Source: a virus. From it: a stretch of DNA of 42,278 nt. Shown here piece by piece: positions 6,656-13,323 of the stretch. The position numbers were made by a program, and so were the translations under genes. The DNA lies in IMG/VR virus record IMGVR_UViG_3300045988_021594; one strand, given 5' to 3'. The notes below the pieces were generated by a model. That model had not been told where the DNA came from, searched no databases, and saw nothing but the letters and a program-made list of their open reading frames with translations. Numbering within the stretch: position 1 is the first letter of the stretch; each line of letters opens with the position of its first letter.

Positions 6656-6729
6656 AATGGCGCAGAAAAAATCCGCGCCATTCGACAAATTTTATCCGTA
6701 TTTTATTTTCCAATGGCGCATGGTAGAAT
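6656..6729. promoter_or_regulatory. Divergent control region: AATGGCGC inverted repeat plus a half-site abutting an extended -10
   Basis: AATGGCGC lies at 6656-6663, GCGCCATT at 6675-6682 and AATGGCGC at 6712-6719. TGgTAGAAT lies at 6721-6729. Confidence 0.45.
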
Positions 6730-6775
6730 TTGGTTTATAAATCGTAGATGTGCACAAAAGAAAGGAGAAAGCAAA

Positions 6776-6886
6776 ATGGATTTTGAGCAAAGAAACGGTA
6801 AAGAAACCGAAATGACCATCATCGATGGAATGCCCGCCAGTATCCTGACCGGCACCGACCGCACCCCTGCACCTTGGGAGGAATGA
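6776..6886 (+). CDS. Small hypothetical protein (36 aa)
   Basis: AAAGGAGA SD precedes the internal ATG (M46 of track ORF 6641-6886). Confidence 0.35.
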   Translation: MDFEQRNGKETEMTIIDGMPASILTGTDRTPAPWEE

Positions 6887-6889
6887 GCT

Positions 6890-7099
6890 ATGAAAGACAA
6901 GATGAAGCACTTCAGCACCTATATCCGCGCCGCTTTGGCCTGCTATGTGAGCATGACGCCAGATCAGCAAGCCCTCGCTATGATGTACGCGGCCCACAAG
7001 ATCGCCGCGCTTGACAAGCTGCACGCTGCCGCCGGTGAGCCCGGCGGGGCTGTAGCCGCTGACCTGCTGCAAAATTTGCAAAATCCTTGCAACCGCTAA
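6890..7099 (+). CDS. Hypothetical protein (69 aa)
   Basis: GGGAGGA SD; follows the previous ORF by 3 nt. Confidence 0.5.
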   Translation: MKDKMKHFSTYIRAALACYVSMTPDQQALAMMYAAHKIAALDKLHAAAGEPGGAVAADLLQNLQNPCNR

Positions 7100-7215
7100 T
7101 AGCAACGTGCATATTTTGCGCGTATTCAGCGTAAAACGTGCAAAAGTCAGCGTAAATTTTAACGCTTCAACGCAAATGAATAAATTTTTAACTTGTTTTG
7201 CGCAATTTTTTACGC

Positions 7216-7245
7216 TTGACGCATCACAACAAGCAGTTGTATAAT
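7216..7245 (+). promoter_or_regulatory. Near-consensus sigma-A promoter firing antisense into the 3' end of 7262-7978
   Basis: TTGACG (7216-7221), 18 nt, TATAAT (7240-7245), with TG immediately upstream. No SD or start codon lies downstream. Confidence 0.5.
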
Positions 7246-7261
7246 GCGGTTGTAAACAAGT

Positions 7262-7978
7262 TCACAGGCCAAGCAACTGAGCTTTCTTTGCGTTGTACTC
7301 CGCTTCCGTAATGGCCCCCATATCCAGCAACCGCTTAAACTTCAAAAGTTCATCGGCGGAGCTTGGGGCAGCCGGAGCGGTGCCCCGCGGCTGTTCTGGA
7401 GAGCCTTTGCAACTCTTGAGAAACGCAGTCATTCCGCCAGGATAAACCGTTGTCAGCAAGTTGCTTTCGCCTAGTGGAAGCTCAAAGTGGATAGACACGC
7501 TCTCTTTACTGCGACCTTTGCGGGTCTCTGTTTTAGCGGTGGCGGCGCCCACGATCGCACCCACAGACCCGGCAACGGCTGCACCGATCACGGCACGGCC
7601 AATACCGCCCTTTGTCTCTGTCACCGTCAGATCGTCAGGCGCGTCAGATTCATAACCGGCGACTTCATCAAAGCTGTAGATCATGCGAGGACCTTTATCA
7701 CCGCCGCGATGCCCAAAGCAAAACAGGCGGTTTTCCTTGTCGATGGACACAAAAAGCGCATCTCCATCATAGATGGAGTCGGTCTCCTTGAATGCCTTGC
7801 GGCGGTCTTCCAATGTAACCCAGTAGTCCGCAAGGGCGGCTGTCGGTTGCTTTGCTGCCCGGATGCCCAATTTTGAAAAGAAAAAGTTACTGCATCCGGC
7901 GCAGATCAAGCCGTCAGCGCTCTTCTCTCTGTTCAGAAAGCCCAGCTTGCCGCCGCAGACCGGACAGGTATTTGCCAT
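7262..7978 (-). CDS. Zinc-ribbon / glycine-zipper / SHOCT-domain protein
   Basis: N-terminal CPVCG...CAGC; hydrophobic Gly-rich segment GGIGRAVIGAAVAGSVGAIVGAATA; C-terminal ELLKFKRLLDMGAITEAEYNAKKAQLL, which is SHOCT-like. Confidence 0.8.
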   Translation of the reverse strand: MANTCPVCGGKLGFLNREKSADGLICAGCSNFFFSKLGIRAAKQPTAALADYWVTLEDRRKAFKETDSIYDGDALFVSIDKENRLFCFGHRGGDKGPRMIYSFDEVAGYESDAPDDLTVTETKGGIGRAVIGAAVAGSVGAIVGAATAKTETRKGRSKESVSIHFELPLGESNLLTTVYPGGMTAFLKSCKGSPEQPRGTAPAAPSSADELLKFKRLLDMGAITEAEYNAKKAQLLGL

Positions 7979-7980
7979 GA

Positions 7981-8574
7981 TTACACCTCACCTTTTGATT
8001 TTATAAAATTCTGCATTTTGTCAAAACGCAAAATCACACAACCCATCATCGAATTTGTAATTCGTTCATCCGAAAAGGAATCTTTCCACTTTTGAATAGA
8101 GTTTGCTTTTCCATTTTGAGTTTTCAAAGTCAGGAGTTTTTCCAGCTGCTTGATATAAGAATTTTCGACAACAACCTCAAAAAGGTCAAAGAGAGAAAAC
8201 TTCATCATGTCATAAAGCTCAGTAGGGCTAAAATCAAATTTGAACCCCATCCTCTCATATTTCTTGAGCTCATCGAGCGTATCAAGAATCATATCATATC
8301 TTGAAAACAGAACATCGATATCTGAAGTCCTCTCTATCACTAGAAAAGAGTCCAAAACTTTCCGTATCCGTTCTGGTATTGTTTCTTCTGGGAAATCCAC
8401 AAATTCTTTCCCAGTGTCAGGATCGATTAAAACAACGGGATCTGGTGATTTGCTCCAATTAGCGTTCGGGCGTACAAAACGCAACGGCTCTTGGGCTTCA
8501 GGATCGTCTTTTTTCTTGAAGACCGCATTGATAACCCGCGTGATATTTTTCCGAAATCCAACATTCCATATCAC
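7981..8574 (-). CDS. Hypothetical acidic protein in an AT-rich, probably foreign, gene
   Basis: GAGGTGG SD lies 5 nt before the GTG (V13 of track ORF 7981-8610). Its stop is 2 nt before the next start. GC is visibly lower than in the flanks. Confidence 0.65.
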   Translation of the reverse strand: MIWNVGFRKNITRVINAVFKKKDDPEAQEPLRFVRPNANWSKSPDPVVLIDPDTGKEFVDFPEETIPERIRKVLDSFLVIERTSDIDVLFSRYDMILDTLDELKKYERMGFKFDFSPTELYDMMKFSLFDLFEVVVENSYIKQLEKLLTLKTQNGKANSIQKWKDSFSDERITNSMMGCVILRFDKMQNFIKSKGEV

Positions 8575-8592
8575 GGGAACCACCTCACATAT

Positions 8593-8620
8593 ACAAAAAT
8601 AGGCAGCCAACCCGCTGCCG
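8593..8620 (-). terminator. Minus-strand hairpin plus T-tract just upstream of the cassette
   Basis: GGCAGC (8602-8607) pairs with GCTGCC (8614-8619). On the minus strand it is followed by TATTTTTGT. Confidence 0.45.
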
Positions 8621-8663
8621 AAAAACTAAGTTATCAAGGAAAATGCCAAAGGAGGAAAATAAA

Positions 8664-8816
8664 GTGCAAGAGACTAGCACAATGTTTGCAAAATGTGATA
8701 CAATGGAAGAAAAAGAAAAGTGCCGCCTCAAAGCTTTATTTTCTTCTTTGTCAGCACAGGAAAAACAAGAGGTGCTTTCCTATGCGGAAAGCCTGCTCAA
8801 CAGCAGAAAGGAGTAG
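8664..8816 (+). CDS. Possible small ORF (50 aa)
   Basis: Strong AAAGGAGGAAAA SD lies 5 nt before the GTG. Below the length cutoff of the ORF track. Confidence 0.35.
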   Translation: MQETSTMFAKCDTMEEKEKCRLKALFSSLSAQEKQEVLSYAESLLNSRKE

Positions 8817-8820
8817 ATCC

Positions 8821-9270
8821 ATGGATAAGTACGAGATTGAACTGGGCCGGTACAAAACCAGAATTTTTGCTCTTCTGGCAACGGAAGCGTCTTGCCTGCC
8901 CGGAATCAAAAGCGAAGAGTGCGCAAATTGCGACCACAGGTGCTCTCTTGAAATCGGGTGTTACTGCTTCAATTACGGATGCGGAAATGGTAAGACCACG
9001 GAAGAGCTGCACGAAGCATTTGACCGCGTTTGTGATGCCCTTAAAATTTCTGACCGAAGATGGACACCAGCAAATCCAATGCGGCCTGAAGTATTTGATT
9101 CTCCCGATCTGCTCGAAGTTCTTGAAGATAGGCTTCTCCAGCTAGCGGAAGAGAATAAATGTACTCGCTTGGAAGAAAACCACCCACCCCGTCAGGAATG
9201 TACTCTTTGCGGCGCTCATCAATCAGACCGCGGCTCTTCAAATTCTGAATGTACCGATTCTGGCCGTTGA
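8821..9270 (+). CDS. Possible Cys-rich ORF (149 aa) that overlaps the convergent gene 9041-9382 by 230 nt
   Basis: AAAGGAG SD lies 7 nt before the ATG (M111 of track ORF 8491-9270). The N-terminal ~75 aa look protein-like; the C-terminal part is doubtful. Confidence 0.3.
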   Translation: MDKYEIELGRYKTRIFALLATEASCLPGIKSEECANCDHRCSLEIGCYCFNYGCGNGKTTEELHEAFDRVCDALKISDRRWTPANPMRPEVFDSPDLLEVLEDRLLQLAEENKCTRLEENHPPRQECTLCGAHQSDRGSSNSECTDSGR

Positions 9271-9382
9271 GACTGAAATCCTCGCCGGAAATGAGGCAGA
9301 CTTCGTGCTGGTTCATTTTCCCGTTGTGCTTCTCCATATATAATAGGAGAGCCAGGCTCTTTTTGTCCAAAAACTCAGCCAT
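9041..9382 (-). CDS. Small winged-helix-like protein (YjcQ/MarR-like pattern)
   Basis: ATGGCTGA start/stop overlap with the upstream XRE gene. The pattern LLLYMEKHNG...YIQNLKSRGLI...YSLPLAGEAYLQE is wHTH-like. Confidence 0.65.
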   Translation of the reverse strand: MAEFLDKKSLALLLYMEKHNGKMNQHEVCLISGEDFSLNGQNRYIQNLKSRGLIDERRKEYIPDGVGGFLPSEYIYSLPLAGEAYLQELRADRENQILQAALDLLVSIFGQKF

Positions 9383-9740
9383 TGGAGTTTTCCTTTCTTG
9401 AAGCAACCTTAAATTTTGCATATTGCAGCACGTCAGCAAGCTCCTGTTCGGTCAACTGATCGAGCACGGCGTTGAATGCTGCATCCAGTCCACTCTCTTC
9501 ACTGGGAGTGGGCTTTTCTTTTTGCTCGTTTTCGCCGGTGAGCTCTTTAGAATCAACTCCAAAGTAGGTTGCGATTTTTTCAACGGTTGCTTTTCGCGGG
9601 GCGCTTCCATTTGCCCATCTTGTTACAGAAGAGCGCTGAAGCCCCATATCCTCTGCTACGGCAGATGGCGACTTGCCAATGCTATTGCAAAGGCGAACGA
9701 AGTTCAAATAGAACAAAACACCACCCCCGTTTTTGTGCAA
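9375..9740 (-). CDS. CI-like XRE-family repressor (start uncertain: TTG at 9740 or TTG at 9716)
   Basis: HTH reads SPSAVAEDMGLQRSSVTRWANG. It is divergent from the Cro-like gene across an operator-rich region. Confidence 0.8.
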   Translation of the reverse strand: MHKNGGGVLFYLNFVRLCNSIGKSPSAVAEDMGLQRSSVTRWANGSAPRKATVEKIATYFGVDSKELTGENEQKEKPTPSEESGLDAAFNAVLDQLTEQELADVLQYAKFKVASRKENSNG

Positions 9741-9754
9741 GTCTACAAATAGGC

Positions 9755-9832
9755 AACAAACGCAACAAAACCTATTGACTGTTGCGTTTGTTTACGTTAT
9801 AATACAGACACTGCTTGTGAACAAACGCAACA
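9755..9832. promoter_or_regulatory. Genetic switch: overlapping divergent promoters plus three copies of a 13-bp operator
   Basis: Rightward promoter: TTGACT (9775-9780), 17 nt, TATAAT (9798-9803). Leftward promoter: TTGTTC (9824-9819), 17 nt, TATAAC (9801-9796). AACAAACGCAACA lies at 9755-9767 and 9820-9832 and is inverted at 9780-9792. A degenerate copy lies at 9910-9922. Confidence 0.75.
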
Positions 9833-10312
9833 CGAAAAACGCCCGAACAGAAATCGGGACGTCCGAATGCTATTGGTAACCTTGCAATTACATAATAGCA
9901 CGTTTTGTGAACATTTGCAACAGTATTTTGACACGGCGACAAGAAAAAATCTGCCTGTGGTCGCTTCACAGACAGACTTTTCACCGATTTGTCACCAGAA
10001 CGCACCTGCACCCCGGCGGTAATGCAAACATGCGCGTTTGCACGTCTTTTGCGCCATGCGCGGCGCAAAAGTAACGCCCGGGCTGCAAAAACAACTTGCA
10101 GGGCTATGGGTACGCCGCTTCCTTTGGCGGGTCGGCACCGCCTTGTAAGCCCTAGCGCTTCACGCACTTGCTCGTGTCTGGAACTGGCTGGCTCAAAAGT
10201 TTGGTCATCGAAATCACCTGCCTTTTGAATCAGTTTAACTAGGAGCCTTGAACAGTATAGAAAATCGGTGCGCCGTTGTCAATTTATTAACACATAACAG
10301 GGAGGTGGAAGA
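9833..10312 (+). promoter_or_regulatory. Long ORF-less structured 5' leader (or candidate ncRNA) before the Cro-like gene
   Basis: Hairpins lie at 9843-9858, 9868-9900, 10023-10042, 10046-10071 and 10126-10142, with an enclosing GGGCT/AGCCC pair at 10101-10152. No credible ORF is present. Confidence 0.4.
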
Positions 10313-10516
10313 GTGCCCGAACCGTGGACTGGCCGTTTGATTGGCCGAATGCACAACAACAAAGTCACGCTGGAACAGCTTGCCGCTTATCTGGGCTGGA
10401 CAAAGAGCTACTGCTCGATGATCCTGAATGGCCAGCGCAAGCCGCGCGGCATCCGCGAGAAAATGGAAGCCGCCGTCAGCGAGATCATCAAGGAAAAGGA
10501 GGACAAAACGGCATGA
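10313..10516 (+). CDS. Cro-like HTH regulator
   Basis: GGGAGGTGG SD precedes the GTG. HTH reads VTLEQLAAYLGWTKSYCSMILNGQRKP. Confidence 0.8.
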   Translation: MPEPWTGRLIGRMHNNKVTLEQLAAYLGWTKSYCSMILNGQRKPRGIREKMEAAVSEIIKEKEDKTA

Positions 10517-11292
10517 GCGAATTAAACAATCTCATCCCCATTAGCTACGACAACCCGGAGCGCCCCACGGTGAGCGGCCGGGAGCTGCACGAGTTTCTTG
10601 GCGTCAAATCCAGATATAATGACTGGTTTAACAACATGACTGCCTACGGATTTGCCGAAAATATCGATTATGTGTCGCTTACTAAAAATTTAGTAAACGG
10701 TGGACGCAGCACCGACCACCAACTCACCATCCCAATGGCCAAAGAGCTCTGCATGATCCAGCGCAACGAGCGTGGCAAGCAAGCCCGGCAGTATTTCTTG
10801 GCCGTGGAGGCGCAGTGGAACAGCCCGGAAGCGGTCATGCGCCGGGCGGTGCTTATCGCCCAGAAGCAGAACGACCAGCTCAAGGCCGTAAACAAACAGC
10901 TTTTGGCTGAGAACAGCGACCTGAAGCCAGATGCAGAGTATGCCAGGGCCGTGTGCATTGGCGATAACTGCCGGACGGCTACCAGCATTGCAAAGGATTA
11001 CGGCATGAGCGGCGAGAAGCTGAACAGCATCCTGCACGGGCTGAAAATCCAGTGGAAGAACAGCGACGGGCAGTGGGTGTTATACGCAAAGTATAGCGGA
11101 AAAGGTTACACCAAAAACCGCAAAGGCCGTCCGTTTGAGCACAACAGTGGCAAGATCACCACGCCAAACACCACCGTTTGGACGGAAGCGGGCCAGCGGT
11201 TCATTTATGAGCAGCTCAAGGCCATTGGCCTGACGCCCAGCATCGACCACAAAGAGAATGTGGAACAGACCACGTTTGAAATGGGTGCGTAA
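10513..11292 (+). CDS. Phage antirepressor (AntA-like N-terminal domain plus KilAC-like C-terminal domain)
   Basis: ATGA overlap with the upstream gene (M64 of track ORF 10324-11292). Recognisable segments are RELHEFLGVKSRYNDWF...MAKELCMIQRNERGKQARQYF and, C-terminally, TSIAKDYGMSGEKLNSIL. Confidence 0.8.
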   Translation: MSELNNLIPISYDNPERPTVSGRELHEFLGVKSRYNDWFNNMTAYGFAENIDYVSLTKNLVNGGRSTDHQLTIPMAKELCMIQRNERGKQARQYFLAVEAQWNSPEAVMRRAVLIAQKQNDQLKAVNKQLLAENSDLKPDAEYARAVCIGDNCRTATSIAKDYGMSGEKLNSILHGLKIQWKNSDGQWVLYAKYSGKGYTKNRKGRPFEHNSGKITTPNTTVWTEAGQRFIYEQLKAIGLTPSIDHKENVEQTTFEMGA

Positions 11293-11331
11293 GATGACGC
11301 TGAACGCATGGACGGTAAATGAGGAGCAAGC

Positions 11332-11574
11332 ATGAAAAAAGCTATTGTTGGCGTAGCGTCCGTATTGGCAAGCGCTTTGCTGATGGCCGGATGCAATAAG
11401 CAGGTTATCGACCTGACCTATGAATACAACTGGGCACAGCTGAAAATGCCCGACGGAACGGTTGTCGAGGGCAAGGTCGAAAGCTGGTGCGACTATGAAG
11501 GCGACCAGCTTCAGGTTGTGATTGACGGTGTGACCTATCTGGTTCATTCGTCCAACATTGTTATGCGTCATTGA
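11332..11574 (+). CDS. Small lipoprotein
   Basis: Signal peptide with lipobox: MKKAIVGVASVLASALLMAG-C. Confidence 0.8.
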   Translation: MKKAIVGVASVLASALLMAGCNKQVIDLTYEYNWAQLKMPDGTVVEGKVESWCDYEGDQLQVVIDGVTYLVHSSNIVMRH

Positions 11575-11590
11575 TGCAAGGAGGATCTTT

Positions 11591-11815
11591 ATGAAAACCA
11601 CGATGCGCGATAAGGTTTGCCAGCTGATTGGCAAGTATCAGTATCTCGAAGACTTTTACAAAACGAAAGCGGCCATCAACACACAAAAGAGCTTCCTCGA
11701 CGGCGGCTTTATCATCCGGCTTGCAGAGCCGGCGCAGGCGGATATGTGCGGCCAGTTCTTGGCCGATTTGAACAAGCTGCTGGAAGAGGACGAGGTGAAC
11801 GGCCATGAAGCTTGA
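11591..11815 (+). CDS. Hypothetical protein (74 aa)
   Basis: AAGGAGGA SD precedes M12 of track ORF 11558-11815. Confidence 0.65.
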   Translation: MKTTMRDKVCQLIGKYQYLEDFYKTKAAINTQKSFLDGGFIIRLAEPAQADMCGQFLADLNKLLEEDEVNGHEA

Positions 11816-12092
11816 AGACCATATCAGGGCGCTGATCGCTCAGTACCAGAAGCTCCAGCAGCGCCATCAGTTCCACGCACAGAACGCCTATTACAAGTTC
11901 CAGAGCGATATGTGGCAGGCTATGGCCGATGATTTTGGAATCATCGTGGAAGACCTGCAGCAGGCACTCTATTGTGCAGATGATGTGAAGCCCCCGGAAC
12001 GGCCGGAGCCAAAGAATCCGGAAACCTGGCACAAGCTGAACACCGCCACCGCCAGAAAACTTGTTGGAAAGGAGGTGGCGCACCGTGTCTGA
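11805..12092 (+). CDS. Hypothetical protein (95 aa)
   Basis: Overlaps the neighbouring genes in an operon-like way. Confidence 0.6.
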   Translation: MKLEDHIRALIAQYQKLQQRHQFHAQNAYYKFQSDMWQAMADDFGIIVEDLQQALYCADDVKPPERPEPKNPETWHKLNTATARKLVGKEVAHRV

Positions 12093-12267
12093 GGCATTGA
12101 TGATCGTTGCAATCCTCGCTGTGCTGCTGGGTATCTCGTGGGGCGTTACCTGCGCCGCCGTGTGGGCCATCTGCGCATTGATGCACTGGACATTCACTTG
12201 GGGCGCCGGAACGGCGGCGTGGATCGCGCTCTTGCTCATTGGCAGCTTTTGCAGCTCTAAGAAGTGA
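12085..12267 (+). CDS. Small two-TM membrane protein
   Basis: AAGGAGGTGG SD precedes the GTG (V9 of track ORF 12061-12267). Two hydrophobic helices are present. Confidence 0.6.
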   Translation: MSEALMIVAILAVLLGISWGVTCAAVWAICALMHWTFTWGAGTAAWIALLLIGSFCSSKK

Positions 12268-12314
12268 GGCGTTGACCATGCCTGCACAGAAGAAACACAC
12301 AAATAAGGAAGGTT

Positions 12315-12971
12315 ATGAGCATGAGTGAAAAGATCATCGCCTACAAGGCCATGGACAAAAATATGCAGTGCCGTGGCAAACAGTACGAGGTGGGTAAGAC
12401 CTACCACGAGGAAAAGGCGGACTGCTGCCACGCTGGTATGCACGCCTGCGAGAACCCGCTGGATGTGCTGCACTACTACCCGTTGAAGGATAGCCCGCGC
12501 TTTTTTGAGGTCGAGTGCGGCGGGAACGTGGATAAAAGCGAAGAGGACAGTAAGCTGGCCTGCACTGAGCTGACGGTAAAAGGTGAAGTGAATTTTGCAG
12601 GGCTTGTAAAAGCTGCGGTGAATGCCGTTTTTAATCGGGTGAAAGGCAAAGAACCTTTTTCCAGCGGCTATTCCAGCACGGCGGGTTCCAGCGGCTATTC
12701 CAGCACGGCGGGTTCCAGCGGCGATTACAGCACGGCGGCAGCCACTGGGGCTTATTGCAGCGCAAAAGCAGACGGCAAAGATAGCATTGCCGTTGTAAAC
12801 GGCGTTTGCGGTAAGGCGTGCGGCGCACTTGGCTGCTATCTGGTGCTGACTGAGTACGATGATTACGGCCACATGATCTGTGCCAAAATGGCCCTCGTAG
12901 ACGGTTCTTCAATCAGAGAAAACGTTTATTATACCCTCAAAAATGGCGAGTTTGTGGAGGTCAATCCGTGA
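12315..12971 (+). CDS. Conserved-looking phage protein with an N-terminal Cys/His domain and a Ser/Gly/Thr repeat core (start may be the ATG at 12321)
   Basis: AAGGAAGG SD. Motifs AYKAMDKNMQCRG...CCHAGMHACENPLDV are present. The repeat is SSGYSSTAG. Confidence 0.75.
   Translation: MSMSEKIIAYKAMDKNMQCRGKQYEVGKTYHEEKADCCHAGMHACENPLDVLHYYPLKDSPRFFEVECGGNVDKSEEDSKLACTELTVKGEVNFAGLVKAAVNAVFNRVKGKEPFSSGYSSTAGSSGYSSTAGSSGDYSTAAATGAYCSAKADGKDSIAVVNGVCGKACGALGCYLVLTEYDDYGHMICAKMALVDGSSIRENVYYTLKNGEFVEVNP
12660..12740 (+). repeat. 27-bp in-frame tandem repeat (two exact units plus one diverged unit)
   Basis: TCCAGCGGCTATTCCAGCACGGCGGGT lies at 12660-12686 and 12687-12713. A diverged third unit follows. 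Confidence 0.85.
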
Positions 12972-12981
12972 AGAAGCACTA

Positions 12982-13014
12982 CATCCCAGCGCTGGCTTGA
13001 ACAGCGCTGGGATG
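12982..13014. other. Perfect 13-bp inverted repeat with a 7-nt loop
   Basis: CATCCCAGCGCTG (12982-12994) pairs with CAGCGCTGGGATG (13002-13014). No T-tract follows. Confidence 0.8.
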
Positions 13015-13086
13015 AAAGGCAGCCGGAACGGTTGGAGCACATCCGGCTGAAACGGCAGCTGAGAGAAAAAAAGGAGGGGTGCGGCA

Positions 13087-13323
13087 GTGAAGCCGAGCAT
13101 GGGAATTGCAGAGTGTTGCCAGATCATGCGTGATAACAACATCTCGGTGAGCGAGCCGATCTTTACCGGTATGATTCAGGCCGGCAGCTTCCCGGCATGG
13201 GCGGTGCCGTCTATTGACACCAAGAGCGCCGCCCCGCTGATCTCCCGCGCCGGATTTATGGCGTGGGTGAAGGATTTTTACAAACTTGAAAATGTTTACA
13301 CAAAGGAGGACCAGAAAGCATGA
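13087..13323 (+). CDS. Small hypothetical protein, possibly DNA-binding
   Basis: AGGAGGGG SD lies 7 nt before the GTG. Confidence 0.55.
   Translation: MKPSMGIAECCQIMRDNNISVSEPIFTGMIQAGSFPAWAVPSIDTKSAAPLISRAGFMAWVKDFYKLENVYTKEDQKA

Noticed and set aside
9041-9740. Toxin-antitoxin reading of the XRE gene plus its 8-nt-overlapping downstream partner
   Set aside because: The downstream product looks like a winged-helix DNA-binding protein rather than any toxin fold I recognise. The XRE gene also sits at the operator-rich switch, so a CI-like role explains it.
9772-10228. ORFs 9772-10167 (minus) and 9989-10228 (plus) inside the early leader
   Set aside because: They have no SD and improbable Arg/Ala/Cys-rich products, and they overlap the promoter/operator region. 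The region is better explained as structured RNA.
11712-12872. Long antisense ORFs: 11712-12872, 17103-18248, 25433-26854, 26728-27705, 29901-31292, 1176-2045, 37360-38286 and 40062-40781, all on the minus strand
   Set aside because: Each is the shadow frame of a well-supported plus-strand gene in GC-rich DNA. The translations are Arg/Ala/Gly/His/Leu-rich without motifs, and none has an SD or operon context.
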